From Vicugna vicugna (Eukaryota), in the NCBI GenBank assembly GCA_013265495.1, contig MU058463.1:3061523-3125522 (forward strand): 64,000 bases of DNA. The letters run 5' to 3'. Within the stretch, counting starts at the first letter, position 1. Every line of letters begins with the position of its first letter. Shown here piece by piece: positions 51,280-63,910 of this stretch. A program made the position numbers and the translations under genes. The notes under the pieces were generated by a model. It was not told the origin of the DNA and searched no databases. It saw only the letters and a program-made list of their open reading frames with translations.

Positions 51280-52030
51280 TATATACTGTAATCAGAGAAA
51301 ATAAACTGAGAAACATACTGATAGCAAATGCTATAAAAGGCTGATATTCCTAATATGTAATGATATACACATTGATTAAAAATGCTTAGCCTCCAATGAG
51401 TCAATGGAAAAAAGACATAAAGGTAAAATTTACAAAATAAGAATACAAATAAGCAATAACATTTTAGTGTGTAAAGGAAAATAAAATATGTCACATATTC
51501 AGTTTTTACCTATCCTTTTAACAGTTTTTTAATGAGAACATCCTTTACTGGTAGGATCATGAACTGATAAAATCTTTCTGAAGGAAAAATTTGACAACAT
51601 ATAACAAATGTTTAAAAAATGATTATATTTTTGACATAACAATTCTGCTTCTGATTATCTTTTTTTATGAAAATAATACTCTAAGTAAATAAGACAAAAT
51701 AATGAGAAAAAATATTGCAAAAAGATCTTAGAAAGAGCATCATTTATAACCAAGAAAGTGTATAAACAAAAGAAATTTTCAACAACATGGCAATAGTCAA
51801 ATTATGGAAAATTAGAGTAAATATTAGGAAAACTTCTAATTTATAATGTCAATATAAAAACAAGATACAAATTATATGTACAGAATAGCGTTATTAATGA
51901 AATATTAAACATAGAAAGAAAGACTTATCTCTGGCTGGATTGTGTGCTTTTAATTTCATTTTAAAACTTTTCCCATAAGTCCTAAACTTGATTCAGTGAG
52001 TCTTAATTGTTGCATGATCAGGAAAAAATG
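51280..52030 (+). mobile_element. Highly decayed L1ME-type fragment
   Basis: AT-rich; ggctgatattcctaatatgtaa...ctttctgaaggaaaaatttgacaac...tttgacataacaattctgcttct...caagatacaaattatatgtacag. Confidence 0.6.
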
Positions 52031-52289
52031 TATTTAAGGTATACTTAAAAATTTATAAACATGTTTATCTCACATAATGTGAGAGTATATTTTAGCTTCA
52101 ATATTTAGGCAATGACTTTTTCTTAGAGTCTTAGTATCTTTTTTCATATATTTCAAGATGGTACCAGGAGATATAGAATTCTGCTAACTGGTTTCATCTT
52201 GCTTCATCAGGACAATAGGCTTTCTTCTTGGGCTTGTTTTGCAACACACCGTGGCCCCTTTAGGGGGTCACCAGGAACACTCTGAACGT

Positions 52290-52597
52290 TGTTAACCTAC
52301 TGGTGGACTCCATCCTACCCCAGGTACACCATCATTCTGTGCCACTACAGAATGCTACGTTCCTCTGTGCTATCATAGCATCTTCATCTCTCTTTTACCA
52401 GTGAAGACAGTGCATTACAGTTATATGATTTCATGCTGAGTGCCTCTGCTAAACTATGAATTCCTTAAAGACAACTGGTCACATTTTGTTTTGTTTTGCT
52501 TTGTTTTGTTTTGTTTTATGATCATCATCATCACTTAGCAGAGGACCTATCATAGGCCCTCAAAAGGAATTCTGAATAAATAAATGAATGAATGAAT
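52290..52597 (+). mobile_element. L2 3' end containing an imperfect (TTTTG)n run at 52484-52517
   Basis: ctaaactatgaattccttaaagaca...cttagcagaggacct...ctgaataaataaatgaatgaatgaat. Confidence 0.75.
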
Positions 52598-54487
52598 CAA
52601 GAGCACCAACTCTATTACTTATTGTACCAGTTGCCACCCTGGGTAGGACAAGAAGCCTCTCCAAGCTACCATTTACTTCTCCCTGAAAATGCTGATGTTA
52701 GAGGCTACCAGAAAAAACTCATAAGGAAGAGGCAAAAATCAAATTGGTTAAGATTCTTCGTAAACTATAAATGACTAGAAAAATATGTCAATATATTTAC
52801 GGATTAAGTTCTTTTCCCAGTTACCTCTAAATGCTTCCAGAAGAGAAATAAGAGCTTAAGTCATTGACCATTCAGCAAGAGAAAATATATGTGAAAGTAC
52901 TTTAAACATGAAAATAATATCTTACTATAATCATAATAGTAATAACAATAATAATACTTAATATTAGCAGTACTATGTTCCACCCTATAAAAATAATCTC
53001 CCAGTTTTAGGTGTAGTACAAGGTAAGGTGTAGTTAAATCCCCAGGGAATAATATATTGCTTATTTAAAGAAGACAAAAATCTTTCAAAAGTACTGAAAA
53101 ACACTTCATTTATTACTCTTTCTCTAGCATTAATGGTAAGAAAGGGTTCTTTAAGATTTTTGTTCCTACCGAAGTATTCAACTCACTTCTAGAAGACATC
53201 TCTTTCTTTCTCTCTCATCTCTGTTATTTCTGATGACTGGCCAATTGCTATGGAAATATATGGTAAAAAGTTTAATTGAATGGACCACATGTTAGGCACA
53301 TGTAGTAATGTGTGTCTAGCGTTCTCTCTCAGTGAACTTGATAGTGCATTTGACTAAGATGAGGCTGTCTTTTTTTTAAACACTAGTTAAATAATTTATC
53401 AAACTAGCATTAAAAGAAATTAAAGATGAAAATTTTCACTAAATTCTGCTATCAAAATATAAATCATATTTCTGTTTCCATCCTGTTTTATCCATATGTG
53501 CCATTATTTTTACATAATCTTAATCCCTGTTTAGACATTTTTTATTCTTTTTATTTAATATTGTTCTGGGAATTTTTCTATGTTGATGATAGTTCTCATA
53601 TTTTTCATTATTAATAATAGCCTAATATTCCATAAAGTGAGGCTGCTTTTTTACTGGGGATGAGGAAGAACTCTGCTTCATTGTTGAGTATAATACACTA
53701 TATGCAACCAGTCTTTTTTTAAAAAATCAAGTTATATGTAACAATTGCATGACAATTTAAAAATTGTATAACCTATTCCTTTATAAACTCCACTGTTCTT
53801 AAAGCTGCAATGACCAAATTTGGACTGAGTTTTATTTGGCAATTCTTTAGGATATGAAGAAAAGTTTTGCTGAGCAAAATGAATAGTTTAAACAAAATGA
53901 CCAGGTACAGTTTTAGCCACTTCCAAAGCAAACAACTATATTCAAATGAGAGTATGAATCCTCTGTTCTCTAATGTAGTTTTGACAAGAGCCCTACTGGC
54001 AACATTTCTATAATATTTAGATTAAGTTTTGTTAAGCCCCAGGAGAGATATAACTATGTTTGTTTTAAAATAGTTTATAATTCCAACTTATTCAATGACC
54101 TGTTTAAGTCATCCAAAAAGAACAGTACCAATCAGTGTAAAAGACTGTACATTTTAAAGGAAAAAAGAGCAACACACATAGAACACGTAATTCTCAGAAG
54201 AGATACAAGGATCCTTTAAGCATGACTAGATATCCAGCCCCATTATAATCAAGGGAATGCAAGTGAAAGTGAAGTACACTTTTGCCTTTCACATTTGCAA
54301 AGACAGGATGAAAATAATAACTTCAAAGTGTTGGGAAAAGTTGCACATACAGGATTATCTATATCATCAAAAAACTAAAAACAACTGGAAAGTAATGCTT
54401 ATCAATAATGGATTGGTAAATTATTCTAGGTCTATACAATAGGACACTTTATGGCCATTAAAAATGGTGAGATTGATCAATTTTTGT

Positions 54488-54722
54488 TGTTATCAGAAGT
54501 CCTCAAGACAACTGTTAGGTCCAGTGACTTACTGGGACTCAGCTAAACTCAAAAAAGCTTCTCTCCTCATATTTATTGTTTATTACAGCAAATAATATAG
54601 ATTAAAATCAGCAAAGGGATAAGGTGCACAGACGTCAAAGAGAAACCAGTCACAAGTTTCCATTTGTCCTTTCCCTGTGGAGTCACATGGACAGCACTTG
54701 GTCTCCCAGAACTGATATGTGT
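54488..54722. mobile_element. MER21/MER77-like LTR fragment
   Basis: gtcctcaagac...tttattacagc...agattaaaatcagcaaagggataagg...ttccatttgtcctttccctgtggagtc...ggacagcactt...ctcccag. Confidence 0.7.
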
Positions 54723-55084
54723 TTTCTTTACAAAACCTAGAAAGATATTTCTAAAAATAAAATAGAGTTTCAAGACATCAAGATTAAAAGGGTAACTAGT
54801 AATCCTCATGCATGCCAAACCTGTTTTTACCAGACTGATTAGAGCTACCAAAATTTAGAATCAGTATCATTTTCCGAATATTTCACATCATAATAAAGAG
54901 AATTTATTGAGAAACAAATCATCCCTTTTTGTTACCACAAAAACTTTAAAAAAATCTATTCTCTTAGATGCTAGTAAGTCATTATTCTTACCACAGTGTT
55001 AACTATAATTAAAACCTAAATAGAAGAATTTGGAGTATGAAACTAGTAATCTTAAAACAAACACAACTAAACAGCTCTCTTTTT

Positions 55085-55256
55085 AAAAAATATTTTTTGA
55101 AAAGTGATTTATTTATTTAGGGTTTTTTTGGGGGTGGGTGTGGGAGGTAATTAGTTTTATTTATTTCTTTATTTTTAGAGGAAGTGCTGGGGATTGAACC
55201 CAGGACCTCGTGCATGCTATGCATCTGCTCTACCACTTGAGGTATACCCTCCCTCT
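55085..55256 (-). mobile_element. Camelid tRNA-Ala-derived SINE (vic-1 type)
   Basis: Reverse strand reads gggagggtatacctcaagtggtagagc...tagcatgcacgaggtcctgggttcaatccccagcac...aataaaactaattacctcc plus an A-rich tail; TSD-like aaa(c/t)ag(c/t)tctcttttt at 55069-55084 and 55258-55273. Confidence 0.9.
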
Positions 55257-56879
55257 AAAATAGTTCTCTTTTTGTTATCTGACGAAAGGAATTTCCTACT
55301 AGTCAGTAACAATAAACGTTGACAGTGAAAATTTATTACTGTTACCATAACTTCAAAACACTGTGAGATTCTTAATTCATGTATGTGTCAGGCATTGGTG
55401 TTAAAAAGAAACTAGTCCACTCTGGAGGAACTCAAAGAATAAAATTTCAAATTATAATTTTATCCTATTTGGGATAATTTTATGTTGAATATATTCTATT
55501 ATTTGTACAAAATTGAAACTCAAACATGGTTTAAATTGCAATTCTCTATTAGTTTAACTGAAACAAGTCATTTTTCATCCAGTATAGAGCGGTGCATAAG
55601 CAAAGGAGCCCATCTATTCTCAAGGCAAACCTCTGTCTCAGCAACTTCTATTGCTTTCTGCATCTGATCAAACCAGACACTGGCCTAGGTAATCAAAATT
55701 AAGTTGATTGAGTAAAGAATTATCAAGCCCCACCAAAGAAACGATTTCTGATCCTTTTATAACTGAATTCACATTCCTAGAAAACTACCACTTTCTCTTA
55801 TTCCCGTAAGAGATCTCTGGATAGATAAGGGCATGCCAATGGTACCTTAACTTTAATTTGCATAGCAACTTTCCTCCAAGATCACCCTCCTCTGTAAACA
55901 CAATGCAGTGGATGAAAAGCCATATTCCAATGTAAAAGTATCTCTTTTTTCATTTCCCCACATATTAACCTTTTATGGCTGAGAAAGTGAACCTCATTGT
56001 TATATCCAGGTCTACCCTCATTTGTGTGGCTTCAAAGGCCAATATTCACTCAGGAAATATTTTAATTTCTCTTCATCCTGTGAAGATCTTCTTTTGTTGT
56101 GTAATTAAGGTGGCCTATAGCCAAACAAACATCTAACTGAATCCCACGGGAATGAATAAGCATGATTTTCCAATGATTTGGGATTAGTGGTGTTTTTGAA
56201 GAACTGGTCTTAAACTTAATAATGAAAATGTTGGAGTGTAACTGGATTACAATATTAAATGACCCAAGAGAATAAAGAAAGACCACATAACCCTAAGCTA
56301 TATGCTGCTTAAGGGTTATGATAGCTATGGTTTAAAATATAAAAATTGCATTGTAATTGTCATAATAAAATGTGTTCTAGTGAATTAATAACATTAATGT
56401 AAAATTTCTTATTTCATGTCTGCACTTAAGATAATATGCCTAAGTCTAATGGAGCAAGTTTCACAGACTTGTTAAATCACAATGCAATAATTCCAAATAA
56501 TCCTGTTCTGAAGACAGGTTGTATAATTTTACCTCAAGCTCACTTTGAAGCATCACTGCTCCATTGCTTTTTTAGATATAACATATTATATAAAAATATA
56601 ACAAACTTACCACTCTATGTGTATGTATTCTATAATTAATTCTGAGTATTTAATGATCTGTTCACAAATCTGCTCAGTTTATGAAGGGAAATTTTTAAAC
56701 ACATATTTTAAAAACTATGGATGAATCTTGCCAAAGAAGATTGTCTTTTAAAGTTAATAATCATCGAAGTTCTAAAAATGATAATAAAGTTATGAGCCAT
56801 ATGCCTGGAACAAATGGATTTCTTCTCACCTTTGACTCAAGACAAAAAAACAAAAAGAGAGTGAGAGGAGGTTTCAGTC

Positions 56880-57350
56880 ACACCATATTTAATCCAATTT
56901 GCTTTGGGTTTAATCTCCAAAACAAGGCTGGTCTGTTAATTCCCAATTATAATGGCACATGTAATCAGAGTCCTCATTAACAAAGACTGACTGTATTGTC
57001 TATTAGGAATGAAAATTTGAAATGCAAATTCAGCAAATCAAAACATTAAATGAGCTCCTGCCCAAGATGCTTGGAGCTCCCGCCAGGGCAGACCACGCTG
57101 GCTGACACCTGCCCTGGAGTTTCCCTCCAGCTGAATGTCTCCTTCGGTTCCAGTCTTTGCCTCCTAATTGACCTGCTTATGATCTCTGCTACAATTAACA
57201 TATGCTTATTAGTAATGGCTGGTTAAAGATTTCAACTGCTGCAGTTTACAAAGTCTAATAGAGATGGCACACCACAGGAAAGAGGAAGCCACTAGAATTT
57301 CCCTCATCAGCAAAGTCACAATGGTGAGAGTGTGCTTGGTAGAAATTGCA
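56880..57350. promoter_or_regulatory. Candidate conserved enhancer
   Basis: Repeat-free; TAATCC/TAATCT, AACAAAG and TATTGT, octamer ATGCAAAT at 57022, CTAATTG, CAATTA; inference only. Confidence 0.35.
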
Positions 57351-58091
57351 TGATTTTTCACACTGTCAGATATATGGAGACTGTTACTGACTGATCCTGG
57401 AAAATCAAGACATACCTGACTGCAGGTCTCACATACACTGAGACAGATACAAGTACTTGCTGATTCCTTCTCCCCTTTGAGCGAGTAATTTCTAATTTGG
57501 TTTTAGGAAGAAAAGAAAGTGAGAGACTGTCTCTAACTGGATGAATGGCCAATTGCCTTGGGTTTATTCTGAATTTGAAATCATAACTTTTTTCTTCAGA
57601 GTAATTTCACACAATGGGAAAATTTGCATTTGACAAAAAGTTACCTAACTCTTAATAGGGTGATTATGTTTTTAAAAGATTATGTTCAGAGTTTATTATT
57701 GTCACCAAAGCCCCTTCTTAGTTTCTAGCTAATACCACCAGACTTGAGAGCACTGGAATGTTGGAGAAGCTTCCTTTTTGCTTCTAGTCATGTGGTTTGA
57801 TGGAAGAGAGACTCCATTTACTCTGAAGTCTTTTACATTTTTTCAGAATATTTGACCAACTATAAATCTCATTTTTCACATTCTCTTATTGAATAAGAAA
57901 TAGTAATTTGGCTATTTCTCACCCAAGGAGCAGCAATACCTTGATTATATATCTTGGTGCTGGTTGATCAAATTCATTCTTAAATTGCCATCTCTAGTGA
58001 TCATCTCTGCCTCTAACAGGAGGTTAGGACTTTGTCCTGAGCCTCAGGAGGCCTTGGGCTGTCACTCATTAACATTAGGATCTTAGACAAA

Positions 58092-58702
58092 TGTATTAGT
58101 TTCTATAGCTGGGTAACAAAACACTCTAAACCCAGCAATTTAAAACAACATTCATTTATTAGCGCTTAGTTTTGAAGGGCAGAAGTCTGGACATGGTGTA
58201 TATGGGTTCTCTGTCTAAGATCTCAATGGGTTGAAATCAAAGTGTCAGCCAGGGCACAGTTCTCCCCTGGGCCTGGGGGCTCTCGTCCAAGCCCACAGGT
58301 TGGAGGCAGAATATACTTCCTTTTAGCTGTGAGATTGAGACTCCTGTTTCCTTGCTGGCTGTTAGCTGGGGGCTGCTGTCAGCTACTTGAGGCTGCCCAC
58401 ATCCCTTGCCACATGGCTCCCTCCCTCCTCACACCTGCAATCACTCATCGAATCCTTCTTCTTCTTCTCCTTCAAATCTCTGACTTCCTTTTTTGCAACC
58501 AGTGAAAGAAAACTTTCTGCTTTTAAAGGGTATATGTGATTGGGTTGAATTCACCCAGATAATTTTTTTCTATTTTAAGGCCAGCTGAGCCACGTCATAG
58601 AGCCTAATCATGAAAGTTAAATCCATCCTATTCACAGACCTGAGGATCATGCAAGACATGTACACCTGGGAGATGAGAATTCTTGGAATTCTGCCCACTG
58701 CA
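58092..58702 (-). mobile_element. MLT1E-like (ERVL-MaLR) solo LTR inserted into a MIR (MIR parts about 58020-58091 and 58703-58780)
   Basis: tgtattagtttctatagctgggtaacaaa...tttaaaacaac...gaaatcaaagtgtcagccaggg...ttccttgctggctgttagctgggg...ttggaattctgcccactgca. Confidence 0.85.
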
Positions 58703-58908
58703 GCAGGTCACTTAGCTTCTTTTGGCCTGCCTTCCCTAATACAAGTGAGGAGGTTGGATTAGATAATCTGTAGCTCCTTTTTCCATATCTCCAAATTTCC
58801 AGGGCCAAATAATTACAAACTCACAGACACACCACCATTTAGTTGCTATACACTCAACTGGATTGTTTTATTTGGTTGGTCAGTTGGTTTTTACTTAAAC
58901 AATGCTAA

Positions 58909-59040
58909 GGGGGAGGGTATAGCTCAAGTGATAAAGTGCATGCTTAGCATACACGATGTCCTGGTTCAATCCCCAGTACCAGCTCAAAGAAAAAATAAGC
59001 CAAATATCTCCCCCTAAAAAAATAAAAATAAGTTAAAATA
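58909..59040 (+). mobile_element. Camelid tRNA-Ala-derived SINE (vic-1 type)
   Basis: gggggagggtatagctcaagtg (A box)...gcttagcat...ggttcaatcccc (B box), A-rich tail; shared flank aatgcta at 58901-58907 and 59041-59047. Confidence 0.9.
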
Positions 59041-60486
59041 AATGCTAGAACAACTCTCATTACTAGGATTTCTAGGTAAAATAAAAGAGGATTTTAATAA
59101 TTTTAATTTTAATAAACAACAAAATAGCCTTGGAGGCAAAATAAAAACCTATATAAAAAGGGCATTTAGGAGATGAATGATGTGCTTGTTCAGAGAGGGA
59201 AGTTTCATGTTGGCTAGTGGTAAAGAAAATGTCATTTGAACATTTTATGTTTCACCTTATTTTGTTGATAGCATGGGGTTCTAACAAGGCAATGTACATG
59301 GGTTTTTGATGAACTTCTCTTTCCAGAGTTTTTCTGATGTATTTCAAAATTTATTAAATTTCCCAACAAAAATCCGTCTGTTCAAAAATTCAGTTAAGAG
59401 AACTTCTTCTCTACAGTTGCCTAACCTTAAGTAAAGTTGTCACATTTTAATACAGCTGGCATTCTAAGAAACAAGTCTGACTTCCAAATACCACATCATC
59501 TGACTTTAAAGCTTGAAAAACACACATACATTCCTTTGCATTTTTAAATGACATTTCACACAGGCACTTTCTTCTGCTTTGGAGCAGTATCAATTGCTTC
59601 AGCTTTGCTCAACACTATCTTATATTGGAGTGAAGGGTGTGCGATATTAATAGTCTGTTCAGGTGTTTGCATGCATCTAATTTTTAAAAGGTAAAGACAA
59701 TAAGAAAGAAGAAAACATAATTCCTTTTCTTCTTCCTAGGCCCTGGGATTAAATTAAGAAAAAATGAAGATACTAAAACTTTTGAAAAGCTTTTCTTTGC
59801 TTGATGATGAATTACTTGAAATAATGTGTTAATTTAAGAGTCAGGCATTGCAACTTTATCTTTTTGAGACTATTTATGTTCCCAAAAAAGCTGCATTTTG
59901 GGTATATAGGAATGAAAGGTAAGAGCATATATTCTTCCTTCGTAATGAGAACATAAATTTTGTTTTTTCTACCTTAAATAATGAGCAAAATCCCTTTAGT
60001 CAAAGATAGTTTTGCAGTCAACTTAAATGAATATATGTTTGAGGTGGGCTTATATATTTGATTACACTCTTAGGTACTTAGCATTTATCACTGATCACAT
60101 ATACTGGTCACTAAAACATCAAAAGCCCAGGTGAGCATTTGAGTTTTTAAACTTTAATCTCTAGGTGTTTAAGGTTAGGTATATTTCATATAAATATTCC
60201 TTTTATAAACAGTTCACTTTTCCTCCCTCTCAACATGGGATCCTTTGTTCCACTTCAAATTCAGTTTTAGTCCCTAAACATTCAATTAGTCGGCATGGGA
60301 GACTGGAGAAACTGGGGTGGGTAATACAATCATCTCTCTCAGTCTACAAAATAGCCTTCCATACTGATGTTTTCCAATATCCGTTTCTGCCCTTCTGTAA
60401 TTCATTTTTCAAGAAAACACACAAAATGGAGGTAATCCTCTCTTTATCTTAAGGCCCTTTATTCTACTACTGAATTATCAATTTCC

Positions 60487-60573
60487 AGAGAGAGAGAAAC
60501 AGTGGGAGAAAGAAAGAGAGAAAGAAGAAGAGGAGGAGGAAGAGGAAGGAGAAGGAGGAGGAGGAGAAGGAGG
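60487..60573. repeat. Polypurine (GA/GAA/GGA) low-complexity tract
   Basis: agagagagagaaac...aaagaagaagaggaggaggaagaggaaggagaaggaggaggaggagaaggagg. Confidence 0.9.
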
Positions 60574-61299
60574 ACATTCATTTGAATAAACACCTAGATT
60601 CTTAAAGTCGCATACTTTCAACATAACCTTGAGTTTTGTGTTATGTTGGAAAATAAACATTTTATTTATTTATTTTGGGAGCGTCATCATAATCATTTTT
60701 AGTTCTTACAAATGTTGACTTTCTTAATTTGGTGCTGTCCAGAGTCCTCCTGAGGATTTTGCGGTGGAGCCTCACATCTTCACTAGACTCAGCCTCTGCC
60801 ACTGGATGGTCCCTCAGGGCACATGGCTGACAAGTCACCATCTCTCCCCAGTCCTTTTCTTTTCTCCCAAGGAACATGCACTTTTAGGTTTAACTCGGTA
60901 GCTTGTTCTGTTTCTGCTTCCACCCTTCAGCCCAGAAGGGGTGGGTGGGGCACTGTTGGGAAGGGAGGTCCCTAGACCAAAGGCACACTTGATCCCAAGA
61001 ATTTGGCTGGTCTTTACTCCTCTTGTCTGGGTGTGACATTTCTGACATGAGGTCAGCACAGCCAGAGAATATGTGCTGTACGTCCAGATGCCCCAAAGTT
61101 AATCTGCAATCACTTCCTTTGCTTGAAGTTTATTCAGCTCATATTGGTCCCCACGAGACAGTCCTCCACTTTACCTCAACAAATAACACATTTAAAATTC
61201 AAACCCAAATTTGATCATCATAACAATATTGTTTATATATTTGGTTCTAGAGACTTCTACTAATTTAGGCAATAGTATAATAACCACCTAACACAAGAC

Positions 61300-61460
61300 T
61301 TCTCACCTTTGACTGGACAGTGGAAGCACCTGGAAGCCTTCAGGAGCTCCTGATCGATACCTGGGTCCCTCCCCCTGAGATTCCAAGTATTAACCTGGGA
61401 TGAGGTATTATGAAATCTCCCCAGGTGATTCTAACTGCAGTCTAGTTTGAGATCCATTGA
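61300..61460 (+). mobile_element. MER5A-like DNA transposon
   Basis: ttctcacctttgactggacagtggaagcacctgga...ctgggtccctccccctgagatt...ctccccaggtgattctaa...agtttgagatccattg. Confidence 0.75.
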
Positions 61461-61494
61461 TGTAAAGAGAGTCTGGGTATATGGGTAATGAAAA

Positions 61495-62240
61495 CTTTAG
61501 CCAGACCCAGAGATTTTCCAGGGCTTTCCCCCTACTCTTCTGACCCACATCCCTGACTGCCTACACTTAAACCACTCTGGACTTTCCTCATTTCCTCTCA
61601 TTTCCTTTGATCTTCTCATTTCTACCACTGTGCACAGTCTGGTCCTTGTACCTGAGTCAACAGACCCTTTTCTGCTCACATCAATGCCTAGTTCATGTCC
61701 ACTCAGCCTTAGATTTCATTCCAATTGTAATTTCCTTGAGAAAATCTTGCTTGATTTCCCGCATATCACATGTGCCCTGTCATAGCAGCAAGTTCATCTT
61801 ATTCACAACATGCATCCCACTGGAGAGACAGGATAACAAAAAATCTTAACACCTGCACTGCATCACCACACTGCCTGGGTCCAAGTCCCGGTATCACCAC
61901 ATCCTGACTGTTGGACTTGGACAAACTGTTTAACTTCCCTGCATCTCAGTTCCCACATTTGTAAAATGGAGATGGCAGCTATACTGACCTTGCAAAGCTG
62001 GTAGGAGGAAGACATGGGGTAATATACAGAGAACACTTAGTGGCTACTACACAATGAGCACTAGGAAGTATTCCGCTTGATGTTATTTAAATAACTCATT
62101 GTTTAATGTCTATTTCTCTCTCTGGAATGCAGGCTCCATGAAGGCAGGCCCAACCACTTCTAGTTTTTTCTTTTCTCTGTTCCTATTGCTATATACGTGT
62201 TAGAAATACAATAAATGAGTATTGAATAAATGAATGAATA
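61495..62240 (+). mobile_element. L2 interrupted by a MIR (MIR about 61870-62090)
   Basis: L2 ends tggaatgcaggctccatgaaggcagg...attgaataaatgaatgaat; MIR ctgggtccaagtcccgg...ttggacaaactgtttaacttccctgcatctcagttcccacatttgtaaaatggagat. Confidence 0.8.
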
Positions 62241-63754
62241 TGAAAATAAAATGATTATAGACATGTTTGCATAGTCTTTCTCAAGACACTGTCTTGTACA
62301 CGTTCTCTCATCATTCAGAGTTGTGTGTGACTTTTAATGCCTGGATAACTGCAAGTGAATAATTGTCTGATAAACTTTTTTCCAAGTTTTAACAGAGCTT
62401 CCAAAATACAACAAAGTGATTGTTTTATATATTATTTTTTCCCTTGAAGAGCCACAATTTAAAATGAAATAAATGATTAAAGGTTTAATTGTAGAATTGG
62501 GCAGCCTATGTAATTAAAAAACTAGATAATTGGATCTTGAGTAAGGAGGAATTGATGGTACCTTGTTAGTGTGTAAGAAACATTAAATAATTATAACATC
62601 AGTATAACGTTTAGTATTTCTTTTATTTCATAAAACTAATAAGCCATTGAACATCTACCTGAGGGCTACTGTCCCTTAACTTTTAATTTAAATTGATTTT
62701 ATGTTTAATTTATGAATGTTCAAAAATATTATGAAATGTAAAGGAGAAATGCAACCTCATAAATCAATGTGTTTTGGATTGCCAGTTTAATTTCTGTATT
62801 GATTTAGTGCCCAGCCTGGTGGTATCTACAGGAAGGCATAAAACATAGAGTCATCACTGGATAAAGGGTCAGAGAGATAATACGAGTCATAGCCAAAGAA
62901 CTTCCTCTGATTAATCTCTATGGTAGGAGAAATAAGCATATTGATAAACTAGAGTTTAGATTTTTGTTTATACCTCATTTTTATAACTGCTTATGTTAAT
63001 GGACTCTTTTGCCTTCATTATGGTAGATAGCCTATGAGAGTGAGTCATATATTTAGTCTCCTGACTTAGAAAAAATGCAACACCCAAGAATTTCAAACAT
63101 TTTTATGTAATGCAAAATGTGCTTTCTAATTATAAAGTAGAAACTGACTTTAGCGGCCACTAGGTTCAGGAATTGTCATTAATAATATATGTTTTAAATG
63201 TATATTTTAAAGTATTAAAAATAGTTGTTTTTATTGGTAGCATAAGTTTGTGTCTGATTTATATAATCTTACTGCATTTGATGTATCCTTGAAGTCAGAT
63301 TCAAAATTATTTTGGGGAAAAAATTCCTTTTTGAAAAGGGTAGCACAAACCACGAACACTCTAATCAATAGCGTAACTTTGGAGTCAAAATGATTGACAA
63401 AATGAGTCAAAATATCTCTCTTGGCTCTACTAGTTAAGAGCTGGATGATCTTGGTCAAGCCATGAAGTGAAATCATAGACATAAAGCACTTCTCATCCTG
63501 CCAGGCATATAGTAAGTATTCAAAAGATGTTGGTTCTACCCAGGGTAGTGAGAGCAGCAAGAGCAAGAACAATCATGATGATAACAATAATACATCGTGA
63601 CATAAGATGATTTCAAACTTCTATAAATAATAGCATTATAATTACTTTTTATCTTTTACTTTTATTCCTTTAAATTTTGAATGCTTATTATGTATCATAC
63701 ACGTCTTTAAGCCTTTTCCGTGAAATGTTTATTTACTTGTCATAAAAACCAAAG

Positions 63755-63910
63755 AGGAGGAAAAGTAAGTTGTGAGGGGATGGATGCGTTAATTAAACTG
63801 ATGGGAGGAACCCCTTTCCCAGTGTATATGTATATCAATCATCACATTTTATTTGTCTTTAGATATCTTACAATTTTATTTGTCAGCCTCAATAAAGTTG
63901 AAAAAAAAGA
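63755..63910 (+). mobile_element. L1 (L1MA/MB-type) 3' terminus
   Basis: gtgaggggatggatgcgttaattaaact...gtgtatatgtatatcaatcatcac...acaattttatttgtc...cctcaataaagttgaaaaaaaa. Confidence 0.8.

Noticed and set aside
56286..56320. Hairpin cataaccctaagc-8 nt-gctta(a)gggttatg
   Set aside because: 13-bp bulged stem, too short for a miRNA precursor and matching no RNA family I know.
58909..58983. tRNA-Ala(AGC) gene
   Set aside because: The A box and stems carry mutations, and it has a SINE body, A-rich tail and TSD-like flank. It is a SINE head, as is the minus copy at about 55180-55255.
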